Shown here in pieces: positions 35,079-44,404 of a stretch of 64,000 nucleotides of DNA. The first letter of the stretch is position 1, and each line of letters begins with the position of its first letter. Position numbers and translations under genes: made by a program. The notes below the pieces were generated by a model that had not been told where the DNA came from, searched no databases, and saw only the letters and a program-made list of their open reading frames with translations. This DNA is from Candidatus Saccharimonadia bacterium (GTDB lineage: Bacteria; Patescibacteriota; Saccharimonadia; Saccharimonadales; 2-12-FULL-41-12): assembly GCA_963717365.1 (NCBI GenBank), contig OY970327.1:11599-75598 (forward strand). Direction: 5' to 3'.

Positions 35079-36542
35079 ATGTCTAGACAAATGAATACAA
35101 GAATAATAGAAGCAGCACGAGGTCCAAAAAACTACGCTGCAATCATAATCGCATCAGCAGCACTAGCTCTTGGAGCTTGTGGTAATGATGAGAAGGCTAA
35201 CAATGAGCCTATCGGTGCCGCGAGCATTGCTTGCCAAACCGTAACCGGCTTTGAAGCCTTTACTACTAACGCTAACGAATATGGCATAGAAAATGTTTTG
35301 CCAGATGAAGTTAAAGCTGGCAGCAAACAAGGTGTTGATAATAATGCCGAGAAAGACCTGTACCTAGCTCGCTTATGCGACGAAAACGGTCCTCTAGGAA
35401 ATAAGACTGATAAAGCTTCACTTGCTGCACTTGTATCTGTTTTAACAGAACAAGCAACAGATAAAAAAGGAGTTAATCCTAACTATGATTACCTAGGTGT
35501 GTACAGTAGCCGAATGGCTGCATATAGCGCTGAAGGTGGAGAGGCAAAAGCTGCCACCGACTTGAAAGATACTATCAATGCTTTAAAGCAGACGGTTAGC
35601 TATACTGACAACTTTGCCGGTGAAGGTGATACAGTCATTAAGTTTGTACCTGTTCGTAATAAAGAGACTAACGAAGTTACTAATAAAGCAACACTACAAC
35701 CGCGTATTGTTTCTCCAGAAGCTGATGATCGCGCCCTAAGTGGTATTTTGATCAAGTTCCCTGGCAGTCAATCAGAAGGTATTGATGGTTTCTCCGAAGT
35801 TCTTGTAACGGGCAGTGGTGAAATCTACCTTAAAGGCCGAGCTGCTCTAAATGGTGCTCTTGGAAAAGAAGCCAGTGGTGCAAGCAAGCCAGACAAAGAC
35901 AAAAAAGGTGAAAAGCGTGGTGATAAGAATAAAGCACCATTTAAATCTACTACAGAAGATGACGACAGCGCTGGTACAACCAATGGTACTAACGGTACCA
36001 ACGGAACAAATGGTGCCAACGGTGCTCCAGGCGCTAACGGAACCAATGGTACTAACGGTACCAACGGAACAAATGGTGCCAACGGTGCTCCAGGCGCTAA
36101 CGGAACCAATGGTACTAACGGTACCAACGGAACAAATGGTGCCAACGGTGCTCCAGGCGCTAACGGAACCAATGGTACTAACGGTACCAACGGAACAAAT
36201 GGTGCCAACGGTGCTCCAGGCGCTAACGGAACCAATGGTACTAACGGTACCAACGGAACAAATGGTGCCAACGGTGCTCCAGGCGCTAACGGAACCAATG
36301 GTACTAACGGTACCAACGGAACAAATGGTGCCAACGGTGCTCCAGGCGCTAACGGAACCAATGGTACTAACGGTACCAACGGAACAAATGGTGCTCCAGG
36401 AACCCCAGGAACTCCAGGTGCTCCAGGAACCCCAGGAACTCCAGGTGCTCCAGGAACCCCAGGAACAGGTACTGGCGGCGGCGAAGAAGGTCCAATCAAA
36501 CCCCCTAAACCAGATGAATGTGGTCCAACGGACGGCTGTTAA
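35079..36542 (+). CDS. lipoprotein with a long collagen-like G-X-Y repeat stalk and a C-terminal Cys-x5-Cys tail (module 2, protein A2)
   Basis: 487 aa. The lipobox is SAALALGAC. A non-repetitive region of about 270 aa follows, then an uninterrupted run of (GTN)n-GAN-GAP-GAN units and GAPGTPGTP units. The C-terminus reads GGGEEGPIKPPKPDECGPTDGC*. Confidence 0.85.
   Translation: MSRQMNTRIIEAARGPKNYAAIIIASAALALGACGNDEKANNEPIGAASIACQTVTGFEAFTTNANEYGIENVLPDEVKAGSKQGVDNNAEKDLYLARLCDENGPLGNKTDKASLAALVSVLTEQATDKKGVNPNYDYLGVYSSRMAAYSAEGGEAKAATDLKDTINALKQTVSYTDNFAGEGDTVIKFVPVRNKETNEVTNKATLQPRIVSPEADDRALSGILIKFPGSQSEGIDGFSEVLVTGSGEIYLKGRAALNGALGKEASGASKPDKDKKGEKRGDKNKAPFKSTTEDDDSAGTTNGTNGTNGTNGANGAPGANGTNGTNGTNGTNGANGAPGANGTNGTNGTNGTNGANGAPGANGTNGTNGTNGTNGANGAPGANGTNGTNGTNGTNGANGAPGANGTNGTNGTNGTNGANGAPGANGTNGTNGTNGTNGAPGTPGTPGAPGTPGTPGAPGTPGTGTGGGEEGPIKPPKPDECGPTDGC
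35978..36392 (+). repeat. 63-bp tandem repeat, six identical copies plus a partial seventh (in frame, 21 codons)
   Basis: The unit aaccaatggtactaacggtaccaacggaacaaatggtgccaacggtgctccaggcgctaacgg starts at 35978, 36041, 36104, 36167, 36230, 36293 and 36356. I saw no mismatch between the full copies. Confidence 0.95.
36390..36466 (+). repeat. 27-bp tandem repeat, about 2.85 copies (GAPGTPGTP)
   Basis: The unit ggtgctccaggaaccccaggaactcca occurs at 36390 and 36417, with a partial copy at 36444. Confidence 0.9.
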
Positions 36543-36574
36543 ACAACGAGATCTTTAGAAAGGAACTCAATACT

Positions 36575-37456
36575 ATGAACTATGCAACTAACTTTAAACG
36601 AACCCTAGCCCTAGCTGCTGCAAGCGTTATGCTTGTAACAGTCGGCATGAGCGGCACAGCTTCAGCTGCTGTCCAGTACGACCCTAATGGTACCCCAACA
36701 ACTAAGACTCCGGTTTTCAACCAGTTTTACGGTGTCCCAAACGGTGTTGGTAACGAAGCGGACTTCGTCCGTGTTAAGACTAAGGCCGGCACCAATGCCG
36801 ACTACGCTAACAACATTAACGGCGCTTGTGCTGCTGACGAGGTCTACACTGTCCGAACGTATGTTCACAACGGTGCTGATCCAGCCTACAACACAGCCGA
36901 AAATGCTTCTGCTGTCACACGTGACGCAGTTGTAGCTATGACTGCTCCTCTCAATGCTTTACAGAACCAGTTTGAGTTCAAGAGTACTATTAGTGCCAGC
37001 AACGCAGCCAAAGTTACCGACAATGGCTTCTTGACCTGTGCTAATGGCAAAAAAGTTAAACTTAGTTTGGTACCTAGTTCGGTACAAACCTACAGTAAAC
37101 CACTTGGCTTCCAGGGCGCCGCTGACTCATCTGTCAATGGCAGCCTAAAAATCGGTAGCCGTGTCCAGGGCTCTGGCGATGTATTCGCTTGCTGGGATGA
37201 CCGTGTGATAGTTAGCTACGATGTTAAGGTTGTGGTACCAAAAGAAGAAGTACCTCCTACAACTACGACTCCTCCGACTACAACTCCACCAACCACAACA
37301 CCTCCAGTAGTTACTCCTCCAACTCCTCCAAAGGGAACCGGTGGTGCTGAACTGCCAAACACCGGTCCTGCCGGCGTAGCTGGTGCCTTCATGGCGGTAA
37401 CAGCAGTAAGTACTGCTGCTTACAACCTGGTTATGCGACGACGCGCTAGTCTGTAG
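36575..37456 (+). CDS. LPXTG-type cell-wall-anchored surface protein (module 2, protein B2)
   Basis: The start is set at the ATG at 36575, with the same RBS context as B1. It has a signal peptide, a domain homologous to B1 (for example QFEFKSTISASNAA and GSGDVFACWDDRVIV are shared), a TTTPP linker, and LPNTG plus a hydrophobic segment plus RRRASL. Confidence 0.8.
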   Translation: MNYATNFKRTLALAAASVMLVTVGMSGTASAAVQYDPNGTPTTKTPVFNQFYGVPNGVGNEADFVRVKTKAGTNADYANNINGACAADEVYTVRTYVHNGADPAYNTAENASAVTRDAVVAMTAPLNALQNQFEFKSTISASNAAKVTDNGFLTCANGKKVKLSLVPSSVQTYSKPLGFQGAADSSVNGSLKIGSRVQGSGDVFACWDDRVIVSYDVKVVVPKEEVPPTTTTPPTTTPPTTTPPVVTPPTPPKGTGGAELPNTGPAGVAGAFMAVTAVSTAAYNLVMRRRASL

Positions 37457-37599
37457 CAACGCTCCCAGAACGATCCCTTGTGGATAACTGTCTAGCCAAA
37501 AACGCAATTTTGTGCTAACATGCAGTCAGTTCTAAGAACAGAGCACTGACTGACCGCTCGCAACCAACTTACTAAACAAAAAAACGAATTACAAAAAGG

Positions 37600-37636
37600 G
37601 TAAAAACCCTGGGTTTTCATGACCTGGGGTTTTTAC
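37600..37636. terminator. strong bidirectional terminator hairpin after module 2
   Basis: gtaaaaaccctgggt-tttcatg-acctggggtttttac: a 15-bp stem including 2 G-U pairs. Confidence 0.7.
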
Positions 37637-37683
37637 TTGCCCCTGTTACGTGATACACTTTACTGCAATGTAGCCCTGCTCGT

Positions 37684-37758
37684 GGTCTCATCGTCTAACG
37701 GTTAGGACACCAGGTTTTCATCCTGGCAATCGGGGTTCGATTCCCCGTGAGATCACCA
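37684..37758 (+). tRNA. tRNA-Glu (anticodon TTC), CCA encoded
   Basis: Acceptor ggtctca/tgagatc, 3-bp D stem gtc/gac, anticodon arm ccagg-ttTTCat-cctgg, T arm cgggg-ttcgatt-ccccg, discriminator A, CCA. Confidence 0.9.
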
Positions 37759-37762
37759 TAAG

Positions 37763-37792
37763 AGACTTCTCTGACACGGAGAGGTCTTTTTT
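37763..37792 (+). terminator. rho-independent terminator after tRNA-Glu
   Basis: agacttctc-tgacacg-gagaggtct followed by a T-run. Confidence 0.6.
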
Positions 37793-37841
37793 GGTGGCAG
37801 TAGACGAGATTTAGTTGTGGAAACTTGAAAGGGTTGTAAAC

Positions 37842-38264
37842 ATGGTATACAATCCGAATATGAACAATAAAACAAACAATAGAGCAAATACAAACCCAGA
37901 TACAGTCAAAATAATGTCCACAGAATTTTCGAACACTAGTTCTATGAACATATTCGATAAAGTGGCAAACGGCGAGCAGCCAACTGCCCTAGACAGAACT
38001 AATGCAATTCGCGATGTCTTGGCCTTTTCGTCACGGGACTGGAGCGCATATGAACAGCTTGATAATATCTACAATGCCGCATACGGTGAGTATGACCCAG
38101 ATCGCCAAGATCCAGAATTAACAGCGGAAGATGCCAACGAATTCCTGGCGGCAGTTCAAGGCGCTTTGCAAGAGTTGCCAGAGGATTGGGCTGATGACAT
38201 GGAGATCAATCAGTTGAAGAAACTTGCATTTTCTGGTGAGCAGGCGGACACTCCCCAAATCTAA
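37842..38264 (+). CDS. acidic hypothetical protein
   Basis: ORF 37815..38264, with the start set at the first ATG (37842). No motif recognised. Confidence 0.45.
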   Translation: MVYNPNMNNKTNNRANTNPDTVKIMSTEFSNTSSMNIFDKVANGEQPTALDRTNAIRDVLAFSSRDWSAYEQLDNIYNAAYGEYDPDRQDPELTAEDANEFLAAVQGALQELPEDWADDMEINQLKKLAFSGEQADTPQI

Positions 38265-38327
38265 ATCTAGTCATGCAGATATAGTACCTGAACAGACGTA
38301 CACTGGTTTAGTTTATACTGTTGAATA

Positions 38328-39527
38328 ATGAGACGTTTTACATTTTTGGTCTACGCGCAGCAGTTCTTTAGCGCCTGTATGCCAATTTTTCCGTTTTACG
38401 CCATTATGTTCATGGAACGCGGTGGTCTTTCCACGGCGCAAATCAGCCTGTTGTTTGGGGCCTGGACATTGACTGCCCTGATTAGCGAGTTGCCGACGGG
38501 TGTACTAGCCGATCGGTTTTCGCGTCGCTCAATTATGGTTTGGGGCGAAGTGCTTATCGCGGTAGCTTTTGGGATATGGATTTTACTGCCAAATTTCTGG
38601 GGGTACGGACTTGGTTTTATAGTCTGGGGTCTTGGCTACGCCATGGGATCGGGCGCGTTCCAGGCGTATTTATATGATGAACTTAAGGCGAACGGAGCCG
38701 AAAAACAATTTAACCGGATATACGGGCGCGCCGAGAGCTTACTGTTTATGGGCGCGGCTGTAGGCTTTCTGGGAGCAATTTTTATTGGGGCTACAAACTA
38801 CACTGCATTGCTGGCAGTGAGTATGAGTATTGTTTTGCTTAGCGCGTTTCTCATATACCTGTATCCGAAAGAGCCAAAAACCTTGCCGCACCCGGAAGAG
38901 ACGATTCGTCCAAAATATTTAAAAATGGCGTTCCAGGAGGTTCGTAAATCTAAAATTATCGCACGTATTGTAATTAGCACGGCGTTAGTAATGGGCATTG
39001 TTGATACGGTCGACGAATACGTGCCGCTCTATTACAACGATATTGGTGTTAGTAATACGGCAATACCAATACTAATGCTAATTGGAATGATTCTGTCTGC
39101 CATATTGTCATGGATGGCGCACCGGCTTGAACATACGCCGGTTAGTCTGAAGTTGTTATTATTTGGGGCGGCCGGTGGGACGCTGCTAGTCGGTAGTTAC
39201 CAGAGTCTGGCTTTTGGAGTACTAGGTATGCTGATGTTCATGCGGCTTGGGTATTTAGCGATGTTACTGTTTGAATCGAGTCTTCAACACCATATTACTA
39301 GTAAAACCCGGGCTACACTGGCGTCTTTGCCTACGTTTATCGCCGAAGCTATTACAGTCGCGTTATTTGGCATATATGGCATTACCACTTACTTTGGAAC
39401 CGACGAACTGGCTATTCGGTTGCTGGCAGGAATTACGATAATCTCAGCACTGGCGTTGTATATGTATTGGGGCAGACTGATTGAAAAAGACAATCCTGCT
39501 GCTTCCAAGAAAGTAGAGTCAAAGTAG
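38328..39527 (+). CDS. MFS transporter
   Basis: 399 aa with about 12 TM helices. The loop 2-3 motif is GVLADRFSRR. Confidence 0.88.
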   Translation: MRRFTFLVYAQQFFSACMPIFPFYAIMFMERGGLSTAQISLLFGAWTLTALISELPTGVLADRFSRRSIMVWGEVLIAVAFGIWILLPNFWGYGLGFIVWGLGYAMGSGAFQAYLYDELKANGAEKQFNRIYGRAESLLFMGAAVGFLGAIFIGATNYTALLAVSMSIVLLSAFLIYLYPKEPKTLPHPEETIRPKYLKMAFQEVRKSKIIARIVISTALVMGIVDTVDEYVPLYYNDIGVSNTAIPILMLIGMILSAILSWMAHRLEHTPVSLKLLLFGAAGGTLLVGSYQSLAFGVLGMLMFMRLGYLAMLLFESSLQHHITSKTRATLASLPTFIAEAITVALFGIYGITTYFGTDELAIRLLAGITIISALALYMYWGRLIEKDNPAASKKVESK

Positions 39528-39561
39528 CTATTATTTAATACTGCGCCGTATAATTACATCT

Positions 39562-40134
39562 ATGGTAGACGCGGAATTTTTTAAAGATGATGCTCCTGTT
39601 CTGGCCCCTAGGCTGCTGGGACACTTGCTGGTACATGAAACCTCAAAAGGCCGGACAGCCGGAATAATCGTGGAAACTGAGGCTTACAGCCAGGAAGACG
39701 CGGCCAGCCATAGCTGTAGGGGCAAAACCGAACGGACAAAAATTATGTTCGGGCCGGGCGGACACGCCTATGTTTATTTTACATACGGTATGCACTACTG
39801 TTTTAACATTGTCAGCGGCCCGGCCGGGCATGGGCAGGCGGTGTTGATCCGGGCGTTAGAGCCAATAGAAGGAATTGAACTTATGAAAGTCCGCCGGCAC
39901 CGGGATGATATCCGGCAGCTCTGCAATGGACCCGCCAAATTGGTACAGGCTATGGGTATTAGCAAGGCCGATTATGGCAAACCACTGTTTGAAGGCAATC
40001 TGTTCATTAAAAAAACATTAAACGCCGGTATAGCTAACAAACAGATACTTTCTGGGCCGCGCATTGGTATTTCCCAAGCAATTGATACGCCGTGGCGTTT
40101 CTGGATTAAAGACAATGGCTACGTTTCCAGGTAA
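39562..40134 (+). CDS. mpg: DNA-3-methyladenine glycosylase (Mpg/AAG family)
   Basis: 190 aa. Contains LAPRLLGHLLV, GIIVETEAY, ASHSCRGKTERT, GHAYVYFTYGMHYCFNIV and LIRALEP. Confidence 0.9.
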   Translation: MVDAEFFKDDAPVLAPRLLGHLLVHETSKGRTAGIIVETEAYSQEDAASHSCRGKTERTKIMFGPGGHAYVYFTYGMHYCFNIVSGPAGHGQAVLIRALEPIEGIELMKVRRHRDDIRQLCNGPAKLVQAMGISKADYGKPLFEGNLFIKKTLNAGIANKQILSGPRIGISQAIDTPWRFWIKDNGYVSR

Positions 40135-40178
40135 ACAGTACTGGCACACACAAGCATAACCAGTTACACTAGATATAA

Positions 40179-41615
40179 ATGGTAACAAAGACTAATAAGA
40201 TCCCCAACATACCGTTGCATGATTTTAAGCGGACTAAAATTGTGGCAACCGTTGGCCCCTCAACCAGTACCTACGAGGGGATTTTTGAATTGATTAAGTG
40301 TGGCGCTAATGGTCTAAGGTTAAACTTTAGTCATGGCACAAACGAGGAGCGCGATGATCAGATCAAATGGATCCGCAAAGCTGCTGACGCCTACGGCAAA
40401 CCAGTTGCTATTATTCAGGATTTACAGGGACCAAAGATCCGTCTTGGTGATTTTGAGGGTATCATCACTGTTAATACTGGCCAAAGCCTAACGTTTGGTT
40501 ATAAACAGGACTACGAACGCTCAGGCTATATTCCTACCCAGTATGATCTGTCTAAAAAAGTGAAGCGGGGTGAGCGATTATATATATATGACGGCAAGGT
40601 TAAAACAACAATCACTAGTGTAAAAGATGGACTAGTCCATGTACGAGCAGAAAATAACGGCATTTTGATTAAACGGAAAGGTATTAACATTCCAGATACC
40701 GACTTTGGGGGAGATATTATTACCGTTAAGGATAAAAAAGACATTACCTATGGTTCAACCAAAGATATCGATTACGTAGCACTTAGTTTTGTTCAAACAG
40801 CCGACGATATCAGCCACTTGCGGAAGTTACTAACTAACTTAGGATCAACTGCTAAAATTATTGCTAAAATCGAAACGCGGATTGCTACCGAACACCTCGA
40901 ATCAATTACTAAAGAAGCTGATGCCGTTATGGTGGCGCGTGGTGATCTGGCGATTGAGACTTCGCCGGAATCAGTGCCCATCATTCAGCGACAAATCATT
41001 GAGCTAGGGATGAAGTATGCCAAGCCAACCATTGTAGCAACCCAAATGTTGGCCAGCATGACCGATGCACCTGAACCTACTCGGGCAGAAGTATCTGATG
41101 TGGCAACTGCCACTATGTTGGGTACCGACGCAGTCATGCTCAGTGATGAAACGGCTAGTGGCCAATATCCAATTGAGTCGGTTAAAGTAATGAAACGAAT
41201 TGTTAATTATACGCAGTCACACGTGCTGTATTCACCGGTTTTAATTGATGTCAATACAGTGGTATCAAAAAGCAAAGCCATCGCCATGGCGATTATTAAT
41301 TTAGCGGTTGCCGTTAAAGCGGTAGCGATTGTGGCTGAAACTAAGTCGGGAGCAACAGCGTTGCAAATTTCCGCTCGTCGCCCAAATGTACCTATTATCG
41401 CCGTTACGTCGGTGGTGCGCTCCGCCCAGCAACTGGCAATCGTATACGGTACCAAGAGCTATGTGCGACCCGATGGCCGGATGCAGGCCGTCAAGCTCAC
41501 TAACTGGCTGCATCGGTCAAAAGTCCTGAACAAAGGCGATATTATTGTCTCGGCAACCGGCCAGTATCCAGGCGTAGTAGGCACGACGGATACAATTAAG
41601 GTACGAGTCCTATAA
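40179..41615 (+). CDS. pyk: pyruvate kinase
   Basis: 478 aa. Contains RTKIVATVGPS, LNFSHG, DLQGPKIRLG, MVARGDLAIE, ATQMLASM and MLSDETASG. Confidence 0.95.
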   Translation: MVTKTNKIPNIPLHDFKRTKIVATVGPSTSTYEGIFELIKCGANGLRLNFSHGTNEERDDQIKWIRKAADAYGKPVAIIQDLQGPKIRLGDFEGIITVNTGQSLTFGYKQDYERSGYIPTQYDLSKKVKRGERLYIYDGKVKTTITSVKDGLVHVRAENNGILIKRKGINIPDTDFGGDIITVKDKKDITYGSTKDIDYVALSFVQTADDISHLRKLLTNLGSTAKIIAKIETRIATEHLESITKEADAVMVARGDLAIETSPESVPIIQRQIIELGMKYAKPTIVATQMLASMTDAPEPTRAEVSDVATATMLGTDAVMLSDETASGQYPIESVKVMKRIVNYTQSHVLYSPVLIDVNTVVSKSKAIAMAIINLAVAVKAVAIVAETKSGATALQISARRPNVPIIAVTSVVRSAQQLAIVYGTKSYVRPDGRMQAVKLTNWLHRSKVLNKGDIIVSATGQYPGVVGTTDTIKVRVL

Positions 41616-41638
41616 GACGTAAAAAAGGTGGGCAACCA

Positions 41639-42928
41639 GTGATTACAAAAAAGACCATAAAAGACATTGATCTCGAAGGTAAAACCGTGCTGGTACGGGC
41701 CGATTACAACGTGCCGCTCAAAAATGGCATCATCACCGATGATTACCGGATTGAAAAATCTCTACCAACTTTAAAGTATTTGTTGAAAAAAAAATGCAAG
41801 GTTGTGGTGTGCTCGCACCTTGGTCGTCCATCCGGTCCTAGCGACAAGGCAAATTCACTTAAACCGGTGGCAGAACGACTTAATGAGCTGCTACATCAAG
41901 ATGTCTGGTTCTCATCGGACTGCGTTGGTGCGCATTCTCGCCAGATGATCCACGATTTGCCGCACGGCAATGTGTTGTTGCTCGAGAATCTTCGTTTTCA
42001 CCCAGAAGAAGAAGCTAACGATGATGCATTTGCAGCCCAGCTGGCCGAAAATATTGATGTTTTTGTCCAGGATGGCTTTGGCGTGGTACACCGGGCGCAC
42101 GCTAGCACCGACGCAGTGACTAGACACGCATACAGTGTGGCCGGCCTGCTGGTAGAAGCGGAAGTTAATGCGATTACTTCAGTTATGGATGCTCCCGTGC
42201 GACCGCTATTTGCTTTAATTGGGGGCTCTAAAATTAGCGACAAAATTGATCTTTTGAATCGTTTCCTTGATATTGCTGACGTCGTAGCTGTCGGCGGCGC
42301 CATGGCCAATACATTCTTGCTGGCTGAAGGTATTAAAATAGGTAAAAGCTTGGCAGATAAAGAAGATGTTCCGCTTGCTAAAGAAATCCTGGCCAAGGCC
42401 CGTGCGAAAGCCGCCAAAGGACGATTTGTATTTTACCTGCCGCAGGACGGCGTGGTAGCGCACGCGATTGATTCTACTCAGCCGACTCGAATAGTCGACT
42501 GGGGCACCAATGCTATCGCCGAAATTGAGAGTTACCCTAAGTTTCCACCTAAAAAAAGCAGCTTAGTAGGCAAAGATGAAAGCATTTTAGATATTGGACC
42601 ATTTTCCGGCGCTTTTATAGCCGGCTGTATGCAGCTATCTAACACAGTTATCTGGAATGGCGCCATGGGCGTAACTGAAGTTGAAGCACTTCAATCAAAG
42701 ACGGGACCATTTTCACACGGTACCGAGCTGGTTGTGGAGGCTATGCTCGGGCAATTTGGACATAAGCCCCATACCGTAGTTGGCGGCGGTGATACGGTTG
42801 GTTATATTGAGCAGGAAAAGCTAACGGCACAGTTTGGACATGTATCTACCGGTGGAGGTGCCAGTATGGAGCTAATGAGCGGCAAGTCATTGCCAGGCGT
42901 TGAAGCACTTGCGAACAAGGATAGTTAG
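41639..42928 (+). CDS. pgk: phosphoglycerate kinase
   Basis: 429 aa with a GTG start. Contains VLVRADYNVP, SHLGRP, LLENLRFHPEEE, GGSKISDKI, WNGAMGV and STGGGAS. Confidence 0.95.
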   Translation: MITKKTIKDIDLEGKTVLVRADYNVPLKNGIITDDYRIEKSLPTLKYLLKKKCKVVVCSHLGRPSGPSDKANSLKPVAERLNELLHQDVWFSSDCVGAHSRQMIHDLPHGNVLLLENLRFHPEEEANDDAFAAQLAENIDVFVQDGFGVVHRAHASTDAVTRHAYSVAGLLVEAEVNAITSVMDAPVRPLFALIGGSKISDKIDLLNRFLDIADVVAVGGAMANTFLLAEGIKIGKSLADKEDVPLAKEILAKARAKAAKGRFVFYLPQDGVVAHAIDSTQPTRIVDWGTNAIAEIESYPKFPPKKSSLVGKDESILDIGPFSGAFIAGCMQLSNTVIWNGAMGVTEVEALQSKTGPFSHGTELVVEAMLGQFGHKPHTVVGGGDTVGYIEQEKLTAQFGHVSTGGGASMELMSGKSLPGVEALANKDS

Positions 42929-42964
42929 AAAGCTTCTCAAAGTGATACAATAAGCATAATTACT

Positions 42965-43750
42965 ATGAAAATACCGCAGCGAAAAACACTGATAGTCGGC
43001 AACTGGAAAGAACATGAAAATGTTTCACAGGCTAGTACTTTGACGGCTCGGTTACATAAGCATATAAAAGCCCACCATGACATCGAGGTCGTATTGGCTC
43101 CAAGTATGCTGTCAGTACAGCCATTAAGTCTGCAAATTGACCGCCGCCGGTTTCGCTTGGCTGCCCAGAACGCCAACGCACGTGACGAAGGCGCGTTCAC
43201 CGGCGAAGTTTCCTTTGCTATGCTGCGCGGACTGGTACATTACGTAATTATCGGACACTCAGAACGGCGCATATTTTTCGGTGAAACACTGGAAGATGTC
43301 CGAGATAAAGTAGCTGCCGCTATCCGCAACGGTATTATGCCAATCCTTTGTGTAGGAGAAACAGCCGAGGAACGTCTACGCGGCGAAGCACGTCAAGTCC
43401 TTCATGATCAAGTAACCTCTGCTCTCAGCAACTTGACCGCGGAAGAAGTTAAACACGTTGTAATCGCCTATGAGCCAGTTTGGGCAATAAGCAGTTTTGG
43501 TGGGGAACTAGCAAAACCGGATGATGTGGCACGGAGCATGGCATTTATTCGCCACCAAGTAACCGAGCTGTACGGCGCGCCGGCGGCCGAGGAATTACGT
43601 ATTTTATACGGGGGTAGCGTAGACGACCATATAGCAGGCGGTTATCTGTCGCTAGAAGATTGCGATGGTGTCCTGGTTGGAAGCGCCAGCCTTAATTACC
43701 ATAAATTTAGCGGTATTGTTGACGCGGCATATCGTATTAACCGGACATAA
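42965..43750 (+). CDS. tpiA: triosephosphate isomerase
   Basis: 261 aa. Contains VGNWKEH, AFTGEVS, IIGHSERR, AYEPVWAI and YGGSV. Confidence 0.93.
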   Translation: MKIPQRKTLIVGNWKEHENVSQASTLTARLHKHIKAHHDIEVVLAPSMLSVQPLSLQIDRRRFRLAAQNANARDEGAFTGEVSFAMLRGLVHYVIIGHSERRIFFGETLEDVRDKVAAAIRNGIMPILCVGETAEERLRGEARQVLHDQVTSALSNLTAEEVKHVVIAYEPVWAISSFGGELAKPDDVARSMAFIRHQVTELYGAPAAEELRILYGGSVDDHIAGGYLSLEDCDGVLVGSASLNYHKFSGIVDAAYRINRT

Positions 43751-43768
43751 ATTAATACAGACATAGAC

Positions 43769-44404
43769 ATGGCAGACAAAACAGACACCGAACCAAATAA
43801 CTCAGATAAACTTGCTGACATTACACCTCCGGGCAAAACACCGGCTAGAGCTACCTCACGGCCGATAATTATTGGTCATGGCAGTATGGTTAAAGCTGAT
43901 CCAATGGTAGTTACCGAAGATGCAGTGACCGTCTCTCAAGAAACACAAGAATCAGTTCACTCCACTCAAAGCCGTATTGAAGTTCCGGCCGATATTGTAG
44001 CAGCGATGGAAACTGAAGCCACAGAAGCAGTGATAGTTGATAAATCAGATAGCTCGATTGAGTCTAATTCTGAACCAGAAGACGAATCGGCGTCTGATAA
44101 ACAAACCAGCGATGAGTCTTCAAGTGACACCGGTGTGGTTGATAGTCTTATGGATGAAGTAAGTGCCAAGCAAGCAGACCGGAAACAAAAGGAAGAATTG
44201 TCTGCCAAAACCGCTGAAATTGAAGAAAGTATAACCGCAAAAGAATTCTTTGTCCCAATTAAAAGTGAAAATCGCCGTCGTTCACGAATACTTATCAGTA
44301 TATTTTTAATTTGTGCGTTACTGCTCGTAGCAGTCGGAGTTAATATGGCAGTTGACGCCGAGATGCTTGACATTGGTATCAAGCCTTTGACCAACGTACT
44401 TTAG
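43769..44404 (+). CDS. acidic, low-complexity protein with a C-terminal TM anchor, function unknown
   Basis: 211 aa. It is D/E/S-rich, then ends in RRRSRILISIFLICALLLVAVGVNMAV. Confidence 0.5.
   Translation: MADKTDTEPNNSDKLADITPPGKTPARATSRPIIIGHGSMVKADPMVVTEDAVTVSQETQESVHSTQSRIEVPADIVAAMETEATEAVIVDKSDSSIESNSEPEDESASDKQTSDESSSDTGVVDSLMDEVSAKQADRKQKEELSAKTAEIEESITAKEFFVPIKSENRRRSRILISIFLICALLLVAVGVNMAVDAEMLDIGIKPLTNVL

Noticed and set aside
35978-36466. CRISPR array?
   Set aside because: The repeats are directly tandem with no unique spacers. They are in frame inside a long ORF, and no cas genes are nearby.
35825-36558. 224-aa minus-strand and 235-aa plus-strand ORFs across the repeat array
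   Set aside because: These are alternative frames kept open by the 63-bp periodic repeat. Only the frame of 35079..36542 has a lipobox start, a non-repetitive N-terminal domain and a coherent G-X-Y reading.
37788-37800. ttttggtggcag after the tRNA-Glu terminator as a third ssrA-end-like copy
   Set aside because: Only about 9 nt are shared, and they are part of a terminator T-run. This is most likely coincidence. I note it because it weakens the significance of the 12-mer match at 58473.
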